A stretch of 35,600 bases of DNA, taken from contig JAZDFP010000035.1 of NCBI GenBank assembly GCA_043807745.1, positions 1 to 35,600 on the forward strand. Reading direction: 5' to 3'. The DNA comes from Planctomycetota bacterium. Lineage in GTDB: Bacteria > Planctomycetota > MHYJ01 > JACQXL01. The notes beneath the pieces are model-generated. The model was not told the DNA's origin and did no database searches. It was given only the letters and a program-made list of their open reading frames with translations. A program made the position numbers and the translations under genes. Below, piece by piece: positions 1 through 7,610 of the stretch (its first letter is position 1; each line of letters begins with the position of its first letter).

Positions 1-105
1 AGAACACTGCGACGCTTTCGCAGAACACTGCGACGCTTTCGCAGAACACTGCCCGGCTTGAGCAGAACACTGCCCGGTTCAAGCAGAATACTGGCAATGT
101 TGAGC
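1..105. repeat. 21-bp tandem repeat, 5 units, truncated by the left window edge
   Basis: Units lie at 1-21 and 22-42 (both AGAACACTGCGACGCTTTCGC), then 43-63, 64-84 and 85-105. The 5' half is constant, AGAA(C/T)ACTG; the 3' half varies. Confidence 0.9.
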
Positions 106-249
106 CAGATATCTGCAAATTGTTTCCGCCCTTGGCGGATAGTTAGACCCGCCGAAGCTTTAGCGTAGGCGGGCTGTCATTTTGCGGTTAATAAAGTTAT
201 TTATCCTAATCCCCTGATACCCTATTATGGGCTGTCCCCCGAAAAACGG

Positions 250-849
250 TTATTTCATCTTTTCTAAATTCATACCGCACTTGGAGCATTTGCCGGGTTT
301 ATCCTGCGGCTCTACACATCCCATCGGACACTTATAAAGCGCTTTTTTCTCGGTGCTCTTCTTCTGGTCCTTTGGTATCAATGACTGGCATTTTGTAGTT
401 ATTTCCACGCATTTCTTCATCAACTTAGTAGCGATTTCTACGGACTGACTATCAAACCAACCCGGTCCTTCCGTTACTTGATTACACTCTGTGATTATCT
501 CGGCGGCTCTGTTAAGCATCTGTTCGCAATGCTTCATTAAAGAAGCAACATCCTTTGTCTTGTCGGCTTCTTTGAGAAGTTTATCGGCCTTTTTCAGAAG
601 GCGACCAGGACACCTGGGGTTATCAGGTGTGCAACCATGACACCCAGGGTCATCGTCATCACGGGTGGTCTCTGCTTTCGCACTATCAGATGGCTGTTCA
701 CCATGTCCGCCTTGTTTACCGCATACGCCTTTTTTACCGCATCCGCATCCGTCGCAGCTTGTGAGATAAGCATCGCTGATAAAAACTATGCCGAGCGCCA
801 GCAGGACTAGAGTTACTAATCCTGCCAATATTTTCCATTTGTTTACCAT
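250..849 (-). CDS. Membrane-anchored Cys-rich metal-binding protein with a C-terminal heavy-metal-binding (HMBD-type) motif
   Basis: 199-aa ORF with a GGAGGA RBS upstream of the ATG and an N-terminal TM helix. It has a CDGCGCGKKGVCGK cluster and a helical segment with spaced Cys (HCEQM, ECNQV, KCVEITTKC). The C-terminal YKCPMGCVEPQDKPGKCSKCGMNL fits the Y-x-CPM...C-x2-CGM-x-L HMBD pattern. Confidence 0.7.
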   Translation of the reverse strand: MVNKWKILAGLVTLVLLALGIVFISDAYLTSCDGCGCGKKGVCGKQGGHGEQPSDSAKAETTRDDDDPGCHGCTPDNPRCPGRLLKKADKLLKEADKTKDVASLMKHCEQMLNRAAEIITECNQVTEGPGWFDSQSVEIATKLMKKCVEITTKCQSLIPKDQKKSTEKKALYKCPMGCVEPQDKPGKCSKCGMNLEKMK

Positions 850-931
850 TTTAGTGTCCTCCTATAATGGTTATTTCGCGTAGAATTTCAGTTGTTGATA
901 AATAGGCATCTACACTTAGCCCATATCTCAA

Positions 932-1615
932 CTATTTCTTGGATCCACCACCACAGCCACAGCCACAGCCACCGCCATCGCCACAGCCACCTTCTTTACA
1001 TTTACAGCCGCCTTTCGGTCGATTACCGTATTCTGATTTTAATTCGCCTATGATTTTCTGATATGCCTTCTCATTACGGATATTGTCTAAATCCTTATCC
1101 TGTTCCATCCATTCCCAATTATTATAACCATTATTTACGGCCTTTGTAAGATAGGTTACGGATTTTTCCTTATCGCCTATCAAAGAACAGGTGCAAGCAA
1201 TATTATAAAGGGTGCCGGGGTTAGTAGGATATTTGGCCAGAACCGCGTTGAAGCATTTCATTGCTTTGTCATATTCTGACTTCTGAACACATTCCATCCC
1301 TTCCGTATTCAATTTCTCTATTTCCTGCAGTGCCTGCATCATTCGGGACGATGGCACCTGTTTTTTTACCATCGTCATCCCGCAGGCCGGGCAATCTGAC
1401 GGCTTGCTTGAAAGAACATCAGGATACATCGGGCAGATATGGCAGGTATAAGATTCTATCTCTTTTTCCTTCATTGACTGAACGGCTTTTGCCTTGGCTG
1501 TATCTCCGGTTTTGCTTGGTGCGTTTGTTGAGATCTGGCTTTGGCAGGAAATAATCCCCAGAACTACGATAACCGTTAGTGCCGATATCATTGTCCCATA
1601 TAAGTATCTTTTCAT
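932..1615 (-). CDS. Secreted/lipoprotein-like protein: HMBD motif, TPR-like domain and a Cys/Gly-rich C-terminal tail
   Basis: 227-aa ORF with an AGGAGA RBS and a signal peptide ending in ISC. It carries YTCHICPMYPDVLSSKPSDCPACGMTMV, a TPR-like YNIACTCSLIGDKEKSVTYLTKAV...DKDLDNIRNEKAYQKII, and the tail GGCKCKEGGCGDGGGCGCGCGGG. Confidence 0.7.
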   Translation of the reverse strand: MKRYLYGTMISALTVIVVLGIISCQSQISTNAPSKTGDTAKAKAVQSMKEKEIESYTCHICPMYPDVLSSKPSDCPACGMTMVKKQVPSSRMMQALQEIEKLNTEGMECVQKSEYDKAMKCFNAVLAKYPTNPGTLYNIACTCSLIGDKEKSVTYLTKAVNNGYNNWEWMEQDKDLDNIRNEKAYQKIIGELKSEYGNRPKGGCKCKEGGCGDGGGCGCGCGGGSKK

Positions 1616-1777
1616 TATATTTATTTCTCCTTATTTATCATGAGACTGTTGACAAAATCTCCGTTTTATTTGGTTTCCCTTTTGCCCGTCAACTCCCTCG
1701 CTACAACCTCAGAGGAAACAAAAGATTATTTTTAAGGTTACCCCCATCATTTTCTATCTCTTAAACATCACCTCCTT

Positions 1778-3418
1778 TCATTTTGCGGTTATTTTTTTAG
1801 CTTTTGGACGCTGTTCGTTAAGTTCCGTAAAGAAATTAACTATTAGATTCTGTAAAGCAAATTCGTCCAGTTCGGATCTCTGCTTGCCAAAATGGCTCAT
1901 TACATGTAATACCCGTCCACCGGGCATAAGAGTTGGTTTATCACTGCCGGTTAGGATAACAGGTTTGCCATACTTCCAAGTTACTGCAACTGCTCCTCCA
2001 TCTTTGTTTTTTTCTGCAATTTGAGGACTGACTATTAAAACAGTTACAGCCTCTTTTTTTAGTATTTTTATATCAGGGCTGTCATTATCAATTTTCCATT
2101 GTGCATCAATACGGAATTCTCCCGGTTTTACAGATTTTGTTTCACCCGAGTTTTCTCCTGATGGACCCTGGTCTGAACTTGAGGGTGGAGCTTCAAAGAC
2201 GTATTTTAAATAAGAATGTAATGCAGCACCTGGAGCCGGGACTATCTTCACTTGTCTTTCAGAAAGAAATTGAGTATGTGTAATATATCCTGGAAATGCC
2301 CGTTCAATTACTTCTTGAATATTCAGGTCTTCAGTGAAAAGATAGCCGCCGGTTTCTACAAACTGCGTGATTTTCTTTATGGTATTATTGCTTAATTTAG
2401 TGCTATGATTTTGATGTGTGCCATCAGGACCCGGACATTTGAATAACCTTACTCCTGCTTTTTGACCTGTACCTTTCATTTGTGCATGCGCAGAAGAACA
2501 ACAATGTTCTGTAAAAAGATTACAATTCATAACGATTGCCCATTTATCGTCCAGAGAATATGAATCCTTATCAAATTCTGATTTGCCGATTACAGTATGA
2601 GGAATACCTAATTTTGATAGAATATCCTCTATTTTATCATAGTTATTGTCAAGCGCTGGGGCATTTTTATCGCATTTATCATTTCTCAGAACAAGAATTT
2701 TTTCTTTATCCAATGTTTCTACTGGTTTCATATCACGATACTGACCCACATGTTCAATATTACCACCCATTTGTTTAGGATGAATAAGTCCTGAAGAATC
2801 TTTATTTTTATTTTCTTCCCACCATTGTATCCATGGTTCCGGATAATTACCTTTGTCAATTCCGGTAATATTTTTTAATATGCTAACAGTCTCTTTTATT
2901 AAATCCTTATTTTCCGGTTTTAATGTTTTAATGAAATTGAAAAGCGTCTCTAATGTTTCCTTAGAGTTCATAGTCCTCAATTGATGAAGACATTCCAATT
3001 GCATTTCATAAGAACCTTTTTCTAAAACACTGCCAAGAAGAGGAATTACAGTTGAAGTGCGATTAGATTTCATTGCTGCAAGTAAATCAGTCCCTAAATC
3101 TTTATATTTGTTATTAATAATAAGATTAGCTACTTTAGAGATGACATCTTTATTAGTAAAACGGCCAATACCTTCTAAAATTGTCCAATATGCCGATGGC
3201 TCCGGGTATAGTCCCAATGAATTTAGTGCATCGGTTAAAGCATTTAGTGCTTTTTCATCATTTTGTTGAACTAATTCCTCCACAGCTTTTTCAATCAGTT
3301 TATTGTCTTTTTTCTGAATGGCTGTTTTTAAGCCCGTAGAAGGATTTTCTGCTATTGTGATAATACTAAAAATGGCACAAAGAAATATCATTATTGGAAT
3401 CAACAATACTTTTTTCAT
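1778..3418 (-). CDS. Secreted protein of unknown function, with N-terminal HEAT/ARM-like helical repeats; the C-terminal domain may be glutamine-amidotransferase-like (weak)
   Basis: 546-aa ORF with an N-terminal signal/TM segment and a helical-repeat N-terminal half. The C-terminal half has an ILVL...WAIVMNCN...FVETGGYLFTED pattern reminiscent of ThuA/DUF4159-type folds. I do not recognise a specific family. Confidence 0.55.
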   Translation of the reverse strand: MKKVLLIPIMIFLCAIFSIITIAENPSTGLKTAIQKKDNKLIEKAVEELVQQNDEKALNALTDALNSLGLYPEPSAYWTILEGIGRFTNKDVISKVANLIINNKYKDLGTDLLAAMKSNRTSTVIPLLGSVLEKGSYEMQLECLHQLRTMNSKETLETLFNFIKTLKPENKDLIKETVSILKNITGIDKGNYPEPWIQWWEENKNKDSSGLIHPKQMGGNIEHVGQYRDMKPVETLDKEKILVLRNDKCDKNAPALDNNYDKIEDILSKLGIPHTVIGKSEFDKDSYSLDDKWAIVMNCNLFTEHCCSSAHAQMKGTGQKAGVRLFKCPGPDGTHQNHSTKLSNNTIKKITQFVETGGYLFTEDLNIQEVIERAFPGYITHTQFLSERQVKIVPAPGAALHSYLKYVFEAPPSSSDQGPSGENSGETKSVKPGEFRIDAQWKIDNDSPDIKILKKEAVTVLIVSPQIAEKNKDGGAVAVTWKYGKPVILTGSDKPTLMPGGRVLHVMSHFGKQRSELDEFALQNLIVNFFTELNEQRPKAKKITAK

Positions 3419-3542
3419 ATTTCATTTTCCCCTTGAGTTTTAATTACTATTATTACAAATTGGTCCATCTGATTCCTTGTAATATATAATGTTACAACTA
3501 CCCTAAAATATTACAATCGGGATTCGTCATATCACATAAATT

Positions 3543-3846
3543 ACCTGCCCGATCTTTTGGTCGTCCGCCAGACCGAGTCTGTCGGACTGGTTCGGGCGGG
3601 TATCGCTCCGCCATAAGGGCGAGATTTCGCCTCGGCGAGTTCGCAGAGCATAGTGCGAAGCACGAGGGATTACTTTTTAGATACCAGACATTTCTATCGG
3701 GGTCAATGAAAAAGCCACAGATTACACGGATTGGTTTATAAGGAAACCAAGAACAATTCCTGTTCTCCCGGATTCCTTATAAATATTAATCTGTGTAGCC
3801 CGTACGGGCTCTGTGTTCATCCAGCCCCTGCACGCAAGGGCTGGGT
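3543..3846. repeat. Cluster of GC-rich hairpin mini-elements in the divergent intergenic region
   Basis: ACCTGCCCGA...TCGGGCGGGT sits at about 3543-3600 with a nested CCAGACCGA/TCGGACTGG. TCCGCCATAAGGGCGAGATTTCGCC at about 3607-3635 has a reverse-strand relative at 23294-23330. AGCCCGTACGGGCT is at 3799-3812 and CCAGCCC-N10-GGGCTGG at about 3821-3846. Confidence 0.7.
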
Positions 3847-3920
3847 TTATCTGCGTCCCGTTTTGATATTACGGATTCCGAATTAGAATGAGATTGATGA
3901 TTCATATTTTTATAAAAAAC

Positions 3921-3948
3921 TTGACTTGTATTTATTTTCAGATATAAT
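3921..3948 (+). promoter_or_regulatory. Sigma70-type promoter for the OMP gene
   Basis: TTGACT at 3921-3926, a 16-nt spacer, then TATAAT at 3943-3948, about 68 nt upstream of the ATG at 4016. Confidence 0.6.
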
Positions 3949-4015
3949 TTAATTTTTAATTAACAATATTAATATGTTCTTCATTGCGAGGGACTAAAAT
4001 AAAGGGAGTGAAGAG

Positions 4016-5473
4016 ATGAGAAAGATAAGTATTATTTCCTGTGTAGCATTGATGGGTATTATGATTGGCAGCGCACTTCAGGTGTCAGCCGAGGAATGGA
4101 CTATTTATGGTCCACGCGCAGAGAGTATGGGCGGTGCCGGTGTGGCGATGGGTGATGGCGCTACGGCACATTATTGGAATCCGGGGGCTACGACTAAAAA
4201 TGACCAGTTCGGATTGTATATTCCTTTCGGTGGCACTGTTTCTGCTGAAGGAGATATTATGAAATCGGTGGATAAACTTTACAATGCAGGTAAAGGTATT
4301 AATTGGCCAGTCGTTTTAAGTGCGACTAATGGTGGTGCAATACTGACTACTACACAGGCGGAACAAGTTCTTAATTTCTTCTCTATTGCTACAAGCGAAT
4401 TGAGTAAACCGGGGCAGGGTATGTTGGTAAGCAGTGTGGGTGGAATATCTTTTGCCGTAGGTCAATTGACTGTTTTCGGTAACGGTTTTATCAATAGTGC
4501 TATCGACCCGGTGGGAGATGACGGTCATTTAACAATGGCATCCAGTATAGCTAATTTTGTCGGCACAGCTTCTTCTGCTTGTACCAATACCGCTCTTGCG
4601 GCGACAATCGCAGGTAAACCCTGGTGGTCCAGCGGCACTCTGACACAGGCACAACAATTTGTTTATTTAGCCGAGCATGGTGGTGCCAATACATCAGACC
4701 CCGCAGTTCAACAGAGTATTATTCTTGCTGCTCAAGCCACAGCAGCAGGTCTAGTCGGTGGTTCAAGTATTTCTAATAATAAATCCGGTGTGGTAATCAG
4801 CGGTATTATTTTTAATGAGGTGGGAGCTTCTTATAGTCAACAATTATTTCTTGATGGTTTATCAGTTGGTGCAAATCTTAAGATGATGGAAGGAACGACT
4901 TATTATAATTATATTGGTTATAAGGCACTGAAAAGCAGTAAGGAAACACAAAAGGATATCGATAAAAAAGAGTACACCAAGCAATCAATGTCTTTAGGCA
5001 TTGATGTCGGCGCTTTATACGTAGTGAACGATCAATTTCGTACCGGGTTAACTATAAGGAATGTTAATACGCCAAAATTTGCCTACGCAGGTCCGGGTGA
5101 TGTGAAACTTTATCCCCAAATACGGGCAGGTGTTGCTGTGGATGTCCTGCCCGGCTTATTAGTTGCAGCGGCTGATTATGATTTGACTAAGAATAAATCA
5201 GACCTTTTAGATGGCTATGAATCGCAGATGTTTGGATTGGGTGCCGAAGTCAATCTCATCGGCGTTCTTAGATTGAGAGCCGGAACATCTCAAAATCTTG
5301 CATCAAAAGTTTCATCAAGTGTTTACACCTACGGAGTCGGGATTAATTTACTGCTGTTAAATATTGATGTGGGTGGTTCGTTTGCTAAGAAGATGGTTGA
5401 AACTAAAATGGCTGGAGGTGGACAAATGCCTGAACGAACTACATTGACAGTTGCAGTGTCTTTGAGATTTTAA
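4016..5473 (+). CDS. Outer-membrane beta-barrel protein, TraF_2/PorV-like
   Basis: 485-aa ORF with a GGGAG RBS and a signal peptide ending in VSA. The N-terminal GPRAESMGGAGVAMGDGATAHYWNPGA matches the R-x-x-GMGGA...NPA signature I remember from TraF-like/PorV-type barrels. It shows an alternating beta-strand pattern and a C-terminal aromatic (..SLRF). Confidence 0.65.
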   Translation: MRKISIISCVALMGIMIGSALQVSAEEWTIYGPRAESMGGAGVAMGDGATAHYWNPGATTKNDQFGLYIPFGGTVSAEGDIMKSVDKLYNAGKGINWPVVLSATNGGAILTTTQAEQVLNFFSIATSELSKPGQGMLVSSVGGISFAVGQLTVFGNGFINSAIDPVGDDGHLTMASSIANFVGTASSACTNTALAATIAGKPWWSSGTLTQAQQFVYLAEHGGANTSDPAVQQSIILAAQATAAGLVGGSSISNNKSGVVISGIIFNEVGASYSQQLFLDGLSVGANLKMMEGTTYYNYIGYKALKSSKETQKDIDKKEYTKQSMSLGIDVGALYVVNDQFRTGLTIRNVNTPKFAYAGPGDVKLYPQIRAGVAVDVLPGLLVAAADYDLTKNKSDLLDGYESQMFGLGAEVNLIGVLRLRAGTSQNLASKVSSSVYTYGVGINLLLLNIDVGGSFAKKMVETKMAGGGQMPERTTLTVAVSLRF

Positions 5474-5526
5474 GGTCAGCACAAATCAATTGCAAATCGT
5501 GTAATTGAGATTGCCAATAAAAATTA

Positions 5527-5696
5527 GCCACAGATTACACAGATTTAAGATTTAATCCGTGAAATGATTTCTTTATAACCAATTCTTTTCACCAGCGGAT
5601 TAAACCAATCTGTTATGTATTAGCCGGACTCACTGGGTCTCTGTGAGATACGCCTTTTTCTTAAATTACACTGATTTAATCTGTGAAATCTGTGGC
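5527..5696. repeat. MITE-like element bounded by ~20-nt inverted repeats (GCCACAGATTACACAGATT type)
   Basis: Left arm GCCACAGATTACACAGATTT starts at 5527. The reverse complement of the right arm (ending at 5696) is GCCACAGATTTCACAGATTA. A related partial copy lies at about 3714-3800 (CACAGATTA / TAATCTGTG). Confidence 0.6.
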
Positions 5697-5720
5697 AAAA
5701 TATACTTTCCTATACTGTTT

Positions 5721-5936
5721 ATGAAATTCCGTGTTATTCTTATTATGTTGGTTCGGTGTTATCAGCGGGTTATTTCGCCGTTATATCCACCTGTCTGCCG
5801 ATTTCAGCCGACGTGTTCAGAATATTTAATCCAGGCAATAGACAAAAAAGGCATTGTTATAGGGATATTCTACGGTATTAAAAGATTATTAAGGTGTCAT
5901 CCTCTGGGCGGTAAGGGATACGACCCGGTGGAATAA
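5721..5936 (+). CDS. yidD: Membrane protein insertion efficiency factor YidD
   Basis: Motif YQRVISP...[10 protein letters not shown]...[14 protein letters not shown] prefer the ATG at 5721 (71 aa, typical YidD length) over the track's GTG at 5643, which lies inside the repeat element. Confidence 0.85.
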   Translation: MKFRVILIMLVRCYQRVISPLYPPVCRFQPTCSEYLIQAIDKKGIVIGIFYGIKRLLRCHPLGGKGYDPVE

Positions 5937-5939
5937 CGT

Positions 5940-7406
5940 ATGATAATCGTAGATTTTGTTTATTTTATATACATTGTCATTATCACGCCGTATTATCTTT
6001 TTAAGTTTCTTACTTCAAAGTATCATCGGCAGGGTTTGCTGGAACGGTTTGGATTTGTTAAATTCTTCAATTATGATCGGTCCGCCAAAGGCGGATCTGT
6101 TCGCCACGGCGAATCTGCCTGTGGCATGACCGTAGGCACAGGGATGCAAGGAAAAACCCGCATCCGACAAAAACGTTGTATTTGGCTGCACGCCGCATCA
6201 GTAGGTGAAATAAAGGCATCAGAGGTTCTCATTAATAATTTACGGAGACTTTACCCCGATTATGAATTTGTCATTTCCACCTTGACCCCATCGGCTCAGG
6301 AATTAGTCAAGGAAAAATATCCTGATATCAGAAGTTTTTTCTTTCCCTTGGATTTAAGTCTGATTATAAGGAGGGTGTTAAAACGAATCAACCCGGCTCT
6401 GATTATTCTTATTGAACAGGAACTCTGGCTTAATCTTATCCGTATAGCCGCCTCTAAAAGAATACCCGTTATTTTATTGAACGGCCGAATTACCAAGCAT
6501 TCAACTATGAGATATCGTCTTATAAAGCCTGTTATTAGCCGTATCTGGAATAAAATATCCTGTTTTTGCGTGCAGAATAAGGAGTATTTTGAGCGTTTTA
6601 AGACCTTGGGAGTTAACCCTGATAAAATCAGGATTACAGGTAATATGAAATATGACTTGTTAGATAAATCACATCTTTCCGCCAGAGGCGGATCTGCCGA
6701 AGGCACAGGTAAGCAAGAGAAAGACCACATCCGACAAGCGGACGAGGTGTCTTATAGGAAAATATTCGGTTTTAATAAGAATGATTTAGTCATTATAGGA
6801 GGGAGTACGCATCATCCTGAAGAAGAAATCTTATTGGAAGTGTATTCTAACTTAAAACGGGACATCAATAATTTGAGATTAATTATAGCACCACGACACT
6901 CATTTCGTTTTGATGAGGTAGAGAAACTCATCAAGACAAAAGGATTTGAGAGTCTTCGTCGCAGTACATTGTCAACGAGATATGCATCAGAAGAACGCAG
7001 GCTAAAGCCTGCGGCTACTATTATTCTTCTTGATACGTTGGGTGAATTATCTAAAATATATTCTATTGCTGATGTTGTTTTTGTGGGCGGGAGTTTTGTT
7101 AGGCGCGGAGGACAGAGTATTTTAGAGCCGGCTTTGTCAGGCAAGCCTGTCCTTTTCGGTCCGGATATGTCCAATTTCCAGGAGATGGCGGATTTGCTTA
7201 TAAAAGAAAATGCGGCTATTTCAGTTATAGATAAATCCGCATTATACCAGCAGCTTAATCATCTTTTTAAAGAACCGGCAGAATTAAAAAAGATGGGCGA
7301 ACGGGCGCAAATTGTTATAAGCCAATACCAGGGTGCAACTATTAAAAATATTGAATTTATTAAGAATTTGTTGACCCCGTTAGAAATGAATCACAATATT
7401 TTATAA
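5940..7406 (+). CDS. waaA: 3-deoxy-D-manno-octulosonic acid (Kdo) transferase carrying two in-frame insertions
   Basis: N-terminal TM helix, ERFGF...WLHAASVGE motif, C-terminal GT-B signature (DTLGEL...VFVGGSF...GGQSILEP). Its start is 3 nt after the yidD stop. At 488 aa it is longer than the ~425 aa I remember for WaaA. Confidence 0.85.
   Translation: MIIVDFVYFIYIVIITPYYLFKFLTSKYHRQGLLERFGFVKFFNYDRSAKGGSVRHGESACGMTVGTGMQGKTRIRQKRCIWLHAASVGEIKASEVLINNLRRLYPDYEFVISTLTPSAQELVKEKYPDIRSFFFPLDLSLIIRRVLKRINPALIILIEQELWLNLIRIAASKRIPVILLNGRITKHSTMRYRLIKPVISRIWNKISCFCVQNKEYFERFKTLGVNPDKIRITGNMKYDLLDKSHLSARGGSAEGTGKQEKDHIRQADEVSYRKIFGFNKNDLVIIGGSTHHPEEEILLEVYSNLKRDINNLRLIIAPRHSFRFDEVEKLIKTKGFESLRRSTLSTRYASEERRLKPAATIILLDTLGELSKIYSIADVVFVGGSFVRRGGQSILEPALSGKPVLFGPDMSNFQEMADLLIKENAAISVIDKSALYQQLNHLFKEPAELKKMGERAQIVISQYQGATIKNIEFIKNLLTPLEMNHNIL
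6078..6175 (+). repeat. GC-rich palindromic element inserted in frame in waaA (copy 1, with a nested extra segment)
   Basis: TCCGCCAAAGGCGGATCTG ... AGGCACAGG ... CATCCGACAA encodes RSAKGGSVRHGESACGMTVGTGMQGKTRIRQ, between the conserved ERFGF and HAASVGE motifs. Boundaries are approximate. Confidence 0.6.
6678..6745 (+). repeat. GC-rich palindromic element inserted in frame in waaA (copy 2)
   Basis: TCCGCCAGAGGCGGATCTG ... AGGCACAGG ... CATCCGACAA encodes SARGGSAEGTGKQEKDHIRQ. It has the same three sequence blocks as copy 1. Boundaries are approximate. Confidence 0.6.
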
Positions 7407-7489
7407 ACTAATACATTAAAGATGACGATATAATAAAATCTTTAAGATTTTAATAGTAATTTATCGTGTAGAATTTCAAAGTTTGATAG

Positions 7490-7563
7490 AGATTGCTTCG
7501 CTGACGCTCGCAATGACAATCGTTCGTACTGTCATTGCGAGGAGCGGAGCGACGAAGCAATCT
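7490..7563 (+). terminator. Long imperfect palindrome followed by a T-rich tract; probable yidD-waaA terminator or repeat element
   Basis: AGATTGCTTCG (7490-7500) pairs with CGAAGCAATCT (7553-7563). TCGCAATGACA (7508-7518) pairs with TGTCATTGCGA (7530-7540). The loop is ATCGTTCGTAC, and AATTTATTTTA follows the structure. Confidence 0.5.
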
Positions 7564-7610
7564 AATTTATTTTACGGTCACGCCATAGGCGCGACATATT
7601 TCTAACGGGG

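Noticed and set aside
55-90. tRNA-like T-arm sequence (GGTTCAAGC)
   Set aside because: It lies inside unit 4 of the 21-bp tandem repeat. There is no matching acceptor stem, D-arm or anticodon arm around it.
1-168. Calling a partial CDS at the left edge
   Set aside because: Two plus-strand frames and one minus-strand frame are open through the repeat, so openness tells nothing. Without the upstream sequence I cannot support a CDS, so I reported it only as a possibility in the findings.
5643-5720. The track's longer yidD ORF, starting at GTG 5643
   Set aside because: The extension is encoded by the right arm of the inverted-repeat element, and its peptide ([26 protein letters not shown]) is not YidD-like. 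The ATG at 5721 gives a typical ~71-aa YidD.
6296-7174. Antisense ORFs inside waaA (6296..6730 and 6812..7174). The same applies to shadow ORFs at 1261..1554, 2101..2283, 2536..2778, 3057..3269, 4065..4528, 7728..8003, 8695..9013, 10351..10536, 13460..13723, 15362..16987, 17815..18108, 20652..20846, 21461..21655, 25313..25519, 28659..31808 and 32833..34942
   Set aside because: They all lie wholly within, and opposite to or out of frame with, well-supported genes. They have low-complexity or hydrophobic junk-like translations and no RBS. These are typical shadow ORFs.
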